Shown here in pieces: positions 8,564 to 18,214 of a DNA stretch of 64,000 bases; positions within the stretch are counted from its first letter, which is position 1; every line of letters starts with the position of its first letter. A program made the translations under genes and the position numbers. This DNA is from Candidatus Atribacter allofermentans (GTDB taxonomy: Bacteria > Atribacterota > Atribacteria > Atribacterales > Atribacteraceae), in contig MWBQ01000021.1 of assembly GCA_002069605.1 (NCBI GenBank), positions 55,818-119,817 on the forward strand. The letters are read 5' to 3'. The notes under the pieces are model-generated. The model worked only from the letters and a program-made list of their open reading frames with translations. It did not search any database and was not told the origin of the DNA.

Positions 8564-8609
8564 AAATCCAAAAAAACGAAAACTTTTGTTCATAAATATA
8601 GGAAAATAG

Positions 8610-10574
8610 ATGAATAAAGAATTAAAAGGTACCTCTTTAAAAATGAAAAAGCGACGACGTGCTCGATCAAAATTTTTCCGTTTTTCATTTTTTTCAGCAT
8701 TTGTTTTTGGTATTTTAGCTGGTATTATTTTCTTCATATTGGTTCAATTTTTTTATTTAGATGATATTCGAGTTATTTCCAGTCAGATCGATAATTTTCG
8801 ACCATCTTTTACGACCCGGGTTTACGATAACCAAGATCGGCTAATCCACGAACTTTATACCGAAAACCGTGAGTATGTTGCTCTTGCTGACATCCCTGAA
8901 CTGCTCCAAAAAGCTTTTATAGCCAGTGAGGACCAAAACTTTTACCAGCATCCAGGAATAGATATCAGCGGTATTATAAGAGCAACTCTTCAAAATATTT
9001 TAAACCGACGAATTGTTGAAGGAGCCAGTACCATCACTCAACAATTAGCTCGGAACCGTTTTCTTTCCCATGAAAGAATTTTTAACCGAAAAATTAAGGA
9101 ACAGGTTTTGGCTTTATTTATCGAGAGAAAGTATACCAAAGATCAAATTTTAGAAGCTCATCTTAACCAGATTTATTTTTGGCATGGAGTTTATGGAGTA
9201 AAAACTGCTGCTTTAGTTTACTTTGGGAAAAACCTTTCCCAATTGAATTTGGCGGAAATCGCTATGTTAGTTGGGATACAGCGTTCTCCAGGAAATTTTT
9301 CACCCTATGTGAATCTTCGAGCTGCCCAAATTCAACAAAGACGGGTTTTACGTCTCATGACCGAAAGGGGGTATATCGACCTATCGGAAATGGCAAGAGC
9401 AATAGAGACGCCTATCGTTCTTTCTGGACTTAAAAATATTCCATCGGGTGCGCCCTATTTCATTGACCACATTTTAAAGGAGTTATTGGCCAAATACGAC
9501 GGGGAAACAGTTTTTAACGGTGGATTAAAAGTTTATACCACTCTTGATTTAGATGTCCAAAAAGTTGCGACCGGTGCCTTGCAGGAAAGTGGTTATCAAG
9601 GCGCCATACTTTGCATGGATCCCAAAAGTGGAGAAATTTTAGCCATGGTAGGAGGGAAAGATTATCAAGAAAGTAAATTTAATCGAGCGACTCAGGCTTA
9701 TCGACAGCCAGGCTCAACATTTAAGCCCTTTATTTATACGACTGCTATTGAAAATGGAATTACTGCAGTGGACTGGTATGTCGATGAACCACTCCAATTC
9801 CCCGATGGCTGGAAACCGAAAAACTATGACAAAACTTTTCGTGGAGCAATTCAAATTCATGAAGCCTTGGAACAATCGATCAATATTATTGCTATCAAAC
9901 TATTACAACAATTGGGAACCGACCAGGTTATCAATTATGCCAAAAGGATGCAAGTAAAATCACAACTCCAAAAAAACCTATCTCTTGCTTTAGGCACCTC
10001 AGAGGTAACTTTAATGGAATTAGTCAATGCCTATTGTGCTTTTGCGAACGAAGGACGTATCCCTGAACCGTACGCCATTACTAAAATTGTCGATTGGGAA
10101 GGAAATGTAATCTATTCCAGCAATAAAACCGTACGCCAAGCTATACCAGCTGATACTGCTTATATTATGGCTCGCTTACTCCAGGGAGTTATTGAACGGG
10201 GAACAGCCAGACGGGCAAATATTGGTCGTCCGGTCGGTGGAAAAACTGGTTCAACCGAAGATTTTATTGACGCTCTGTTTATTGGATTTACCCCCGATAT
10301 GGTTTGTGGGGTTTTTCTGGGCAATGACGACCGCAAACCCTTGGGAGAAGCAAAAACTGGTGGAATTATTGCAGCTCCAATTTTTGCTAAAGTGATGAAA
10401 GCCGCCCATGAAAACCTGCCAAAGGAGGATTTCATCCGACCAGAATCGGTGGTTGAAAGGTCGGTTTGTTTAAAGTCGGGGCTTCTTCCCTCCTCTTCCT
10501 GTAAGAAAACTATTGTACTGCCTTTTAAATCAGGGACAGTGCCGACTAAGGTCTGTAATCAATGTAGTGAATGA
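8610..10574 (+). CDS. Class A penicillin-binding protein (bifunctional glycosyltransferase/transpeptidase, PBP1A type)
   Basis: 654-aa ORF with an N-terminal TM anchor, GT51 motif EDQNFYQHPGID, and transpeptidase motifs STFKP (SxxK), SIN (SxN) and KTGS (KTG). An alternative ATG start is at 8643. The only plus-strand CDS. Confidence 0.9.
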   Translation: MNKELKGTSLKMKKRRRARSKFFRFSFFSAFVFGILAGIIFFILVQFFYLDDIRVISSQIDNFRPSFTTRVYDNQDRLIHELYTENREYVALADIPELLQKAFIASEDQNFYQHPGIDISGIIRATLQNILNRRIVEGASTITQQLARNRFLSHERIFNRKIKEQVLALFIERKYTKDQILEAHLNQIYFWHGVYGVKTAALVYFGKNLSQLNLAEIAMLVGIQRSPGNFSPYVNLRAAQIQQRRVLRLMTERGYIDLSEMARAIETPIVLSGLKNIPSGAPYFIDHILKELLAKYDGETVFNGGLKVYTTLDLDVQKVATGALQESGYQGAILCMDPKSGEILAMVGGKDYQESKFNRATQAYRQPGSTFKPFIYTTAIENGITAVDWYVDEPLQFPDGWKPKNYDKTFRGAIQIHEALEQSINIIAIKLLQQLGTDQVINYAKRMQVKSQLQKNLSLALGTSEVTLMELVNAYCAFANEGRIPEPYAITKIVDWEGNVIYSSNKTVRQAIPADTAYIMARLLQGVIERGTARRANIGRPVGGKTGSTEDFIDALFIGFTPDMVCGVFLGNDDRKPLGEAKTGGIIAAPIFAKVMKAAHENLPKEDFIRPESVVERSVCLKSGLLPSSSCKKTIVLPFKSGTVPTKVCNQCSE

Positions 10575-10589
10575 ATCATTTATTTTAAA

Positions 10590-12962
10590 TTAGTCTTTAA
10601 GAATCACGACAGTTACCCCCAGACCCCCTTCTTCGGGCAAGCCATTACGAAAGCTTTCTACCACAGGATTATCTTGTAGAAATTCTTGGGCAACCTTTCT
10701 TAAAATTCCCTCTCCTTTCCCGTGAATGATATAGACAGTTTTAAATCCAGCTAAGAGGACTTGATCAAAATACTTCTCCAATTTTTCCCGGGCAGCTTCA
10801 GCTTTCATCATTCGAATTTCAATTTGATTTCTTACATTATTTAAAGATGGTTGAAAAGAATAACTCCGCTGGATAACGGATTGAAATTCTTCCTCTTCAG
10901 ATTTTTTTTGAAGATGACCGATAGAGAGAATACACTTACGGCCGTTAACCAAAACCACGGCTTCATTTTTTAAGTCATCAACAGATACAATCTCTCCTTC
11001 TTGATGGAAAATATCAACCATCACTTTCTCCCCAGCTTGAAAAGCCATAGCCGGTTGTGGAGAATCCTTCCTGCTCTCTTCTGAAGAAGAACAAGATAAC
11101 TCCTGGTTCAAATAAAATTTAGGATCGATTCGTTCTTTTAGCTCCTGGTAAACACTTACATCAAGAGTTTTTTCCTTTCTCAATTGACCAATGAGTTGTG
11201 ATATATCATCCCGGGTTTTTTTGAGGTATTGGGTTAATTTTTCCTGGAAATCTTTAATAAGTAGTTTTTTTTGTGATTCCAGTTGTTCCTGAAGGTGGTC
11301 TACTTCTTTCTGTCGATTGGTAGCATCTTCCACTTTTTCCTGCCATTCAATTAATTGACTGGTTAATTCTTGATTTTTTTTTCGATTGGAGATGATTAAT
11401 TCATTAAGATCGATCCACTCTTTTTGAAGCTGTTGTAAAGCAGTTTTAATGATCGATTGCGGGATACCAATTTTTTCAGCAATTTTAATTCCATAACTTT
11501 CCCCAATTTCATCGATTAAGAGTCGATAGGTTGGCTGGAAAAGAACTGGATTGAACTCCATTGATGCCGAAATCATAGAGGAGTGTTGAGAAACATAGCT
11601 TTTTATCAAAGGATAATGAGTGGTTGCAATACAGGTTGTTCCTTGTTGACTAAGAAAGTCTATCATTCCAATAGCTAACGCCGAGCCTTCGTTGGGATCG
11701 GTTCCCGATCCAATTTCATCAATTAAATATAAACTATCAGATGATATTTGAGAAAGCGATTTCTGAAAAGCTGAAAGACGATAGGTAAAGGTACTGAGAT
11801 TTTGTTCAATATCCTGATGATCTCCAATGTCGACAAAAAGATGATGGTAAAAAGGTAAGGAAGAGCCAGGATTAACCGGAACTGGAATCCCACAATGAGC
11901 AAGATAAACGATTAAAGCTAAGCTTTTTAACAAAACGGTTTTCCCGCCAGCATTCGGTCCGCTAATAACCATGATTTTTTTATCCGGACTCAAATGAAGC
12001 GAGAAAGGAACCGCTTTTTCTCCTAAAAGAGGATGTCGACCATCCTTGATGAGGAGATCTCTTTCACCTACCCGAGGAACACTCGCCTGCCATTTACGAA
12101 CCAGTTGTGTCTGAGCGTGGAGAATATCCAGTTCGACCAGAGCCTGGAATGAAGCATTAAGCCGATCGAGGTAAGATCGCAAATCGTTGGTCAATTTTAG
12201 CAGAATTGCTTCAATTTCATCATTTTCTTGGATAGTTAAAACTTCTAATTCATTATTTAAATAGAGAACCGGTTTTGGCTCAATAAAAACTGACGAACCA
12301 GACGAAGAATAATCGGCTACAATCCCATCGATGCGTCCTCGAAACTCGGATTTAATGGGGATCACATATCTCCCCCGTCGAATGGTGTAGGTTGTATCTT
12401 GAAGATAAGGAGCTATATCCCGATTGCGTAGGCAATTTTCAATGGTGGTTCGAATTTCTACTTGAAGACGGTTCAGACGTCTTCGAATATCGCGGAGACG
12501 AGGACTGGCGGTATCGAGAATCAACCCATCAGGTGAACAGATCAATTTTATTTCCTTAATAAGAGGAGCATAGCTTTCAATAGCATCGAAAAAAACTTTG
12601 ATAAGCGGATACTTCTCTTTTATTCTGGTTTCATTTTGCAGATGTTTGGTTTTTTCACATAAGAGTAAAAAATGAAAAACCTGAATGACTTGATTTAAAT
12701 TGAGAGCCGATCCTGGAATGGCAATTTTTTGAAAAATTTCACGAAGGTCGGTTAATCCAGAAAGATCTAAGCTGCCGTCAAAAGTGATAAAATCAAGAAG
12801 TTGTTGGACGGTTTGCAACCTTTGGTTGATTATCTCTGGATTGGTATAGGGTTGCAATTCCATCATTTTTTCGCGAGAAACATCACAAACACAGGCAGAG
12901 CTTAACTGATGAAGTATTTTATCAAAATCAAAATTCTTCAGTATATCTTTGGATAAGTTCAT
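10590..12962 (-). CDS. mutS2: Endonuclease MutS2
   Basis: Walker A GPNAGGKT, a long coiled-coil linker, and a C-terminal Smr domain (IIHGKGEGILR). Start taken at ATG 12962 (MNLSKDILKNFDFDKILHQL); the track ORF starts at GTG 12968. Confidence 0.9.
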   Translation of the reverse strand: MNLSKDILKNFDFDKILHQLSSACVCDVSREKMMELQPYTNPEIINQRLQTVQQLLDFITFDGSLDLSGLTDLREIFQKIAIPGSALNLNQVIQVFHFLLLCEKTKHLQNETRIKEKYPLIKVFFDAIESYAPLIKEIKLICSPDGLILDTASPRLRDIRRRLNRLQVEIRTTIENCLRNRDIAPYLQDTTYTIRRGRYVIPIKSEFRGRIDGIVADYSSSGSSVFIEPKPVLYLNNELEVLTIQENDEIEAILLKLTNDLRSYLDRLNASFQALVELDILHAQTQLVRKWQASVPRVGERDLLIKDGRHPLLGEKAVPFSLHLSPDKKIMVISGPNAGGKTVLLKSLALIVYLAHCGIPVPVNPGSSLPFYHHLFVDIGDHQDIEQNLSTFTYRLSAFQKSLSQISSDSLYLIDEIGSGTDPNEGSALAIGMIDFLSQQGTTCIATTHYPLIKSYVSQHSSMISASMEFNPVLFQPTYRLLIDEIGESYGIKIAEKIGIPQSIIKTALQQLQKEWIDLNELIISNRKKNQELTSQLIEWQEKVEDATNRQKEVDHLQEQLESQKKLLIKDFQEKLTQYLKKTRDDISQLIGQLRKEKTLDVSVYQELKERIDPKFYLNQELSCSSSEESRKDSPQPAMAFQAGEKVMVDIFHQEGEIVSVDDLKNEAVVLVNGRKCILSIGHLQKKSEEEEFQSVIQRSYSFQPSLNNVRNQIEIRMMKAEAAREKLEKYFDQVLLAGFKTVYIIHGKGEGILRKVAQEFLQDNPVVESFRNGLPEEGGLGVTVVILKD

Positions 12963-13404
12963 CGTCACTTTGGTTTAAACCCTTTTCTAAATAAGCATTA
13001 AGAAAGGAAAATTCAGGAATTTTTTGAACCATCGAATCAATAAAAACAATGATTGGCTGGGTAAAACTTTGATAAAAACGAGATTGATAAATACCATTAT
13101 TGAGAAATTCGAGAAAAGAAACATTAAGCACAAAAAGAGTGATGATGGAGATCCAGAGAAAACCTTTCAAGATACCAATAACAAAACCTAGAATGGCATC
13201 GAACCATACAATATCAAGACCTTCGAAAACTTTTCGAAAAAACATACCCACCCAGGAAAACAAAAGAACGACTGGAATGAAGATCACAAAAAAACTAATC
13301 AAGTTCATCCAGACTGAATTCCAATGAAAGAGATTGGTCAAAAACTGACCTAGGTTCTGGTGAAACCGTAAGGCACTCAAAAGCCCAATCACTACTCCTG
13401 TCAA
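12928..13404 (-). CDS. cvpA: CvpA-family membrane protein (colicin V production protein homologue)
   Basis: Multi-TM 158-aa ORF. The reading frame stays open 90 nt further upstream and encodes the conserved CvpA N-terminal helix (IDWYSIICIFILILNVIRSSIRGFSKEILAL). The true start is therefore probably near 13494 at a non-ATG/GTG/TTG codon; see findings. Confidence 0.75.
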   Translation of the reverse strand: MTGVVIGLLSALRFHQNLGQFLTNLFHWNSVWMNLISFFVIFIPVVLLFSWVGMFFRKVFEGLDIVWFDAILGFVIGILKGFLWISIITLFVLNVSFLEFLNNGIYQSRFYQSFTQPIIVFIDSMVQKIPEFSFLNAYLEKGLNQSDDELIQRYTEEF

Positions 13405-13493
13405 AGCCAGAATCTCTTTACTAAAACCCCGGATTGAACTTCGAATAACATTAAGAATGAGAATAAAAATACAGATTATGCTATACCAGTCGA

Positions 13494-15881
13494 TTAGAAT
13501 CCTCCTGCGAGTTCCTCCCGAAGGAATAATTCCGGTTCTTTTTTAATGGCTGCTTTAATGATGTTTACCCATTCATCGACTTCGTTATCGGTTAAAGTTT
13601 TATGTGTAGATCGGAAAACAATGGAATAAGAAAAGGTTTTCTTCCCCGGAGGAAGGTGTTTTCCTTGGTAAGAGTCAAAAAGTTCGACTCTCTCCATAGG
13701 TAAATCATGTGAAGAAGCTACTTTCAGGACCAAGGACTCGATATTTTTCCAAGTCTGGTCTTGATTGACAACAATGGAAATATCTCGCCGGATTGAAGGA
13801 TATCGGTTGATTTCCTGGAGTTGAAAATCATTCAGTTTGATACCATCAAAAAGTTTTTGCCAGGCAACCTCTAAACAGTAATGCTCTCCCCAGAAACCAA
13901 AAGCATCACTGATGGTTTTACAAATCAGTCCTCCTCGAAAAATTTCAATACCATTTTTGAGTATACCGCGAAAAGAAAGACTCGAATCAAAATAAGGATT
14001 TTCATCTAAAGGTTGCCAATTTACCATCTGAAGCGGGTATCCGATAAGCTCAATGAGGCTTTCGGCAAAACCTTTTAAGGAAAAAATGTCTATCTGGGAA
14101 AATTGTTGCCAATAAGCAGGATAAGAATGACCACTCAAAACGACAACCAACCGCCACTCTTCGCAATAGGGATTATCCAAGTCGTTGGTTCGAGAAAATA
14201 CTTCCCCATACTCAAAAAACCCAAAATTTTCTCGTCCTCGAGCGATGTTGGTTTTTATGATATCCAAAGCACTGATGATCAAATCCGGACGAAGAATGAC
14301 ATGATCCTGTGAAAGTGGATTCAAAACCCGGATCACATCAGCCTCGGGAATACCTAAAAGATCACAATTGGCCTGACTGGTCAAAGAAAGCGAAACGCAT
14401 TCTTTTAAGCCTATTGAGCGCAAGTGATTTCGGAGAACACCTTCCCATAACAGTTCCCGACGAGGATTGCCGGGATCAAAGGGGAAACTGGGAATTTGAG
14501 ATCGAATATGATCGTAACCGAAGATACGGCCAACTTCCTCGGCACAGTCGATCGGTTGTTGAACGTCCGGTCGCCAGGAAGGGACTTTGACTTTGATTAT
14601 GGAGTTGTTGGGTTGAGAAAGAAGGACAAACCCTAATTTAGTTAAAACCGTTTGCATTTTTTCCAGCGGAATTTTACAGTTCATGATTTCTTCAACCCAG
14701 GAAGATGAAAATTCAATTTCTGGTTCTGACGAAACGACTTCTCCGCTTACTACCCAGTCTTTTAAAATCTTTATAGAAGGATCAATTTCTTTAAGGAGGT
14801 ATAGGGCACGCTCACTGGCATAGAATACCGATCCTGGATCAACTCCCCTTTCAAAGCGCGCGGAGGCTTCGGTTCGTAATCCTAATTCCCGAGCTGTTTT
14901 ACGAATTTGACTCCCGTTAAATATCGCCGCTTCCAAGAAAACTTCCTGAGTGTCAGGAGAAACTTCTGATTCATATCCTCCCATAATACCAGCGATAGCA
15001 ACCGGCCGATTGGCATCAGCAATCACTAACATATTATTGGTGAGCTTTCTTTCTATTCCATCGAGGGTTATCAATGATTCATTATTTTTGGCTCTTCTCA
15101 CAACAATTTTTTGATCGAATATCCCAGAGGCGTTAAAAGCATGAAGTGGCTGACCAGTTTCCATCATGACTAAATTAGTCACATCAACTACCTGGTTGAT
15201 AGGACGTTGTCCCAAAAGATAAAGTTCGCTAACGATCCACCAAGGGGAAGGCTGAATTTTAAAATTTTTAGCTAACCGGCCGCTATAAAAAGGACAGAGG
15301 TCTTGATCGTCTATGTTGACTTGAAAGTTACTGATCGAATCATCAACATCTAAGTGTTGAGATGGTATTTGGCATTCTAAATCGAGACCTGCTGCTATTT
15401 CCCGCGCCAAGCCGATAATTGACATACAATCTCCGCGATTGGCAGTGATTTCGACATCAAAAACCCAATCTTCTCCTATGATTTGAGGTGAAATGAGTTC
15501 TCCCTCTTCAGCTTCGATGGTAGCTGGGATTTCAATAAAAAATTCTTCTTTTTCTGGTATACGCTGGTTACGAAGAGGCTGGGTGCTTATCAAATCACCA
15601 ATTGGATTGACTATAACCTTTTTTCCGATATCCGGTATTCCCCACTTTTCACATTTAACATCATACTGCCGATCTTTGATTTGGACAGTACAAACATCGT
15701 AAAGAATTCCGGATTTCCGTTTGACGATGGTCGCTGCGGTTAAATTGGGAGAAAAAGTGTCAGTAGCGCTCGTTATGCTCTCGATCACAAAACCCTGAGA
15801 TGTTAGAATCTCGGCTATTTTTTCAGCCGGACAGTCGAGATTTGGTACGAAACGTTTGAGAATTGAATAGGCAACTTTCAT
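13494..15881 (-). CDS. pheT: Phenylalanyl-tRNA synthetase beta subunit
   Basis: 795-aa ORF directly downstream of pheS. Typical PheT architecture (N-terminal tRNA-binding domain, B3/4, B5, C-terminal FDX-ACB), judged from length and sequence resemblance. Confidence 0.92.
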   Translation of the reverse strand: MKVAYSILKRFVPNLDCPAEKIAEILTSQGFVIESITSATDTFSPNLTAATIVKRKSGILYDVCTVQIKDRQYDVKCEKWGIPDIGKKVIVNPIGDLISTQPLRNQRIPEKEEFFIEIPATIEAEEGELISPQIIGEDWVFDVEITANRGDCMSIIGLAREIAAGLDLECQIPSQHLDVDDSISNFQVNIDDQDLCPFYSGRLAKNFKIQPSPWWIVSELYLLGQRPINQVVDVTNLVMMETGQPLHAFNASGIFDQKIVVRRAKNNESLITLDGIERKLTNNMLVIADANRPVAIAGIMGGYESEVSPDTQEVFLEAAIFNGSQIRKTARELGLRTEASARFERGVDPGSVFYASERALYLLKEIDPSIKILKDWVVSGEVVSSEPEIEFSSSWVEEIMNCKIPLEKMQTVLTKLGFVLLSQPNNSIIKVKVPSWRPDVQQPIDCAEEVGRIFGYDHIRSQIPSFPFDPGNPRRELLWEGVLRNHLRSIGLKECVSLSLTSQANCDLLGIPEADVIRVLNPLSQDHVILRPDLIISALDIIKTNIARGRENFGFFEYGEVFSRTNDLDNPYCEEWRLVVVLSGHSYPAYWQQFSQIDIFSLKGFAESLIELIGYPLQMVNWQPLDENPYFDSSLSFRGILKNGIEIFRGGLICKTISDAFGFWGEHYCLEVAWQKLFDGIKLNDFQLQEINRYPSIRRDISIVVNQDQTWKNIESLVLKVASSHDLPMERVELFDSYQGKHLPPGKKTFSYSIVFRSTHKTLTDNEVDEWVNIIKAAIKKEPELFLREELAGGF

Positions 15882-15896
15882 TGTATTTGGATACTC

Positions 15897-16916
15897 CTAT
15901 TGAATAGCATGAAATTGTTCGATAAGTGACATATCGTTTTCAAATAGCCAACGGATATCGGGAATACCGAATTTTAATAAAGCAGCACGATCGATTCCCA
16001 TTCCAAAGGCAAAACCTCTGACCTGATTGGGATTGTATCCGGCAGCTTCAAAAACTTTGGGATGAACCAATCCTGCTCCCATGATTTCTAACCATCCTGA
16101 TTGGCCACAAGAACGACATCCCTTCCCTTGACACAAACCACAAGAAATGTCGACTTCAGCACTTGGTTCAGTAAAAGGGAAAAAACTGGGACGGAAGCGA
16201 AGTTGCCGGTCATTCCCAAAAAAGCGTTGGGCGAACACTTCGATGGTTCCTTTCAAATCGCCCATGGAAATTGTTTCTGCAACCACCAAGCCCTCAACTT
16301 GGTGAAACATGGGGCTATGAGAGGCGTCCATGGCATCCCGTCGAAAACATTTTCCGGGTACAACTACTTTAAAAGGGGGTTGAATTTTTTGCATAATTCG
16401 AATTTGAGCCGGTGAGGTATGAGTTCTCAATAAATATTCTTTATCGAGAAAAAAAGAATCCTGAGCATCCCGGGCGGGATGATCGGGTGGAAAATTCAGA
16501 GCTTCAAAGTTGTAGTACTCACTTTCAATTTCCGGTCCTGACTCAATTCGAAAACCTAAACTTTGGAAAATAGTTAGGATTTGATGCAGAGTTAATTGAA
16601 TAGGATGGAATGACCCTACCCAAGGTTTTTTTCCCGGTAGGGAGATATCAACCTTAATAGACGTTTTTAATGTCTGGGTAAGTTCTTTTAATTTCTCCTG
16701 AAGTTGATTATCTATCAATCCTTTTAAATGATTGATTTTTTTCCCCCAATCCTTTTTTTCATCGGAAGAAAGCTGAGTTATTTCTTTAAATAATTCATTG
16801 AGCTGTCCCTTCCGGCCTATATATTTCCCCTTTATACGATTTAAATCATCAAGGGTTTTTGTCTGTTCAATTTCATTCTGAAATTTTTCAAGAACATTGT
16901 TTAAATTAATCAACAC
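15897..16916 (-). CDS. pheS: Phenylalanyl-tRNA synthetase alpha subunit
   Basis: 339-aa ORF with class II motifs (..HPARDAQDSFF.., ..FRPSFFPFTEPSAEVD.., ..GFAFGMGIDR..). GTG start at 16916 with GGGAGGA 5 nt upstream. Confidence 0.93.
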   Translation of the reverse strand: MLINLNNVLEKFQNEIEQTKTLDDLNRIKGKYIGRKGQLNELFKEITQLSSDEKKDWGKKINHLKGLIDNQLQEKLKELTQTLKTSIKVDISLPGKKPWVGSFHPIQLTLHQILTIFQSLGFRIESGPEIESEYYNFEALNFPPDHPARDAQDSFFLDKEYLLRTHTSPAQIRIMQKIQPPFKVVVPGKCFRRDAMDASHSPMFHQVEGLVVAETISMGDLKGTIEVFAQRFFGNDRQLRFRPSFFPFTEPSAEVDISCGLCQGKGCRSCGQSGWLEIMGAGLVHPKVFEAAGYNPNQVRGFAFGMGIDRAALLKFGIPDIRWLFENDMSLIEQFHAIQ

Positions 16917-16969
16917 CTCTTCCTCCCATCGACAATATCAACCAGAGGTCCACTCGCGAAAAAACCATT

Positions 16970-17016
16970 AAAATAAAATGCGATACCATTTGGAGAGTGG
17001 TATCGCATTTTATTTT
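16970..17016 (-). terminator. Rho-independent terminator downstream of rplT (symmetric, bidirectional in form)
   Basis: aaaataaaatgcgatacca / tggtatcgcattttatttt: 19-nt perfect arms, 9-nt loop, core GCGATACCA stem followed by AUUUUAUUUU on the minus-strand RNA. Starts 22 nt after the rplT stop. Confidence 0.75.
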
Positions 17017-17038
17017 AACTTTCACCTTAATAAAAGAA

Positions 17039-17392
17039 TTAGGTTGCTGACTTGGCAACCTCAACGAGATGCGCAAATGCCACTGGATCCGTTATGGCAA
17101 TATTGGATAAATTTTTCCGGTCAATCTCAATACCGGCTTTTTTTAGAGCAAATATAAACTGGTTGTATTTTAACCCATGTTCCCGAACTGCAGCATTAAT
17201 ACGAACGATCCATAAGCGTCGGAAGTCTCTCTTTTTGTTTTTCCGATCACGATAAGCGTAGAATTGAGACTTTAAAACTTGTTCATTTGCTCGCCGATAG
17301 GAACGGGAACGAGAACCCCGATAACCACTGGCTAATTTCATTATTTTCTTTCTTCTTTGTCGTGATGCCACACTATTTTTAACTCTTGGCAA
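17039..17392 (-). CDS. rplT: 50S ribosomal protein L20
   Basis: 117-aa [31 protein letters not shown]... TTG start at 17392 with AGGTGA 6 nt upstream. Confidence 0.95.
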   Translation of the reverse strand: MPRVKNSVASRQRRKKIMKLASGYRGSRSRSYRRANEQVLKSQFYAYRDRKNKKRDFRRLWIVRINAAVREHGLKYNQFIFALKKAGIEIDRKNLSNIAITDPVAFAHLVEVAKSAT

Positions 17393-17494
17393 CGAAAATC
17401 ACCTATCTTTCCAACCAAATTTCACTTATTCAACCCTGGCTTTTTTATAAAATTCATGCACTATAGTCTATTTGAAAAGTACCGATGCCCATAA

Positions 17495-17692
17495 TCAAGC
17501 ATAGGGTAAAAGTTTCTTAATCCGCTTTTCTATACTTTTATCAACAATCACCGTTTTACGTAGCCGTCTTTTACGATCTTGTTCTTTTTGATGTAAATGA
17601 TGGCTCTTTCCTCCCTGAGCCACCTTTATTTTTCCTTTCGCGGTAATCTTTACCCGTTTGGCCAGACCGCGATGGGTTTTCATTTTTGGCAT
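17495..17692 (-). CDS. rpmI: 50S ribosomal protein L35
   Basis: 65-aa basic ORF MPKMKTHRGLAKRVKITAKGKIK.. GAGGAGG SD upstream. Confidence 0.95.
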   Translation of the reverse strand: MPKMKTHRGLAKRVKITAKGKIKVAQGGKSHHLHQKEQDRKRRLRKTVIVDKSIEKRIKKLLPYA

Positions 17693-17704
17693 AATTGATC
17701 CTCC

Positions 17705-18214
17705 TCATTTCTTGGGAGCAATGGTCATGGTAAGATTCCGACCCTCGTTTTTTATTTCCTGCTCGATTTTGCTGATTTCATTCAAATCATCAACTATTTT
17801 TTGGAGTAATAATACCCCTTTATCGACATAGGCAGACTCTCGTCCTCGAAACCGAATAGTAAATTTGACCCGATCGCCATCTTCCAGAAACCGGATAGCA
17901 CTTTTTAATTTTACCTGATAGTCGTGTTCATCGATTTTTGGCCTCATCTTGAGCTCTTTTAGCTCAGATACTTTCTGTTTCTTTCGAGAGGATTTTGCCT
18001 TCTTCTCTTTTTCATATTTAAATTTACCAAAATCGATAATTTTACAAACTGGTGGGTTCGCTTCTGGGGCAACTTCAACCAAATCATAACCAGCTTCTTC
18101 TGCCAACTCAAGGGCTTTTTTGATAGGCACAACCCCCAGTTGTTCTCCTTCGAAGGAAATCAATCTGACTTCCCGAGCTCGTATTTGATTATTAACGCGA
18201 TATTTTACCTCGAT
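17705..18214 (-). CDS. infC: Translation initiation factor IF-3, probably initiating at a non-canonical AUC (or AUA) codon
   Basis: The track ORF (TTG 18163) lacks the conserved IF-3 N-terminus. The frame is open upstream to TAG at 18227-18229 and encodes IEVKYRVNNQIRAREVRLISFEGEQLGVV with no ATG/GTG/TTG. AGGAGG is at 18223-18228, and ATC at 18214-18212 lies 8 nt downstream of the SD. Confidence 0.85.
   Translation of the reverse strand: MEVKYRVNNQIRAREVRLISFEGEQLGVVPIKKALELAEEAGYDLVEVAPEANPPVCKIIDFGKFKYEKEKKAKSSRKKQKVSELKELKMRPKIDEHDYQVKLKSAIRFLEDGDRVKFTIRFRGRESAYVDKGVLLLQKIVDDLNEISKIEQEIKNEGRNLTMTIAPKK

Noticed and set aside
16917-17038. T-box leaders for pheS, and likewise for tyrS.
   Set aside because: There is no room. 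pheS has 122 nt in total after rplT, occupied by a plain terminator. tyrS overlaps queT. I saw no specifier-loop or T-box (AGGGUGGNACCGCG-like) sequence.
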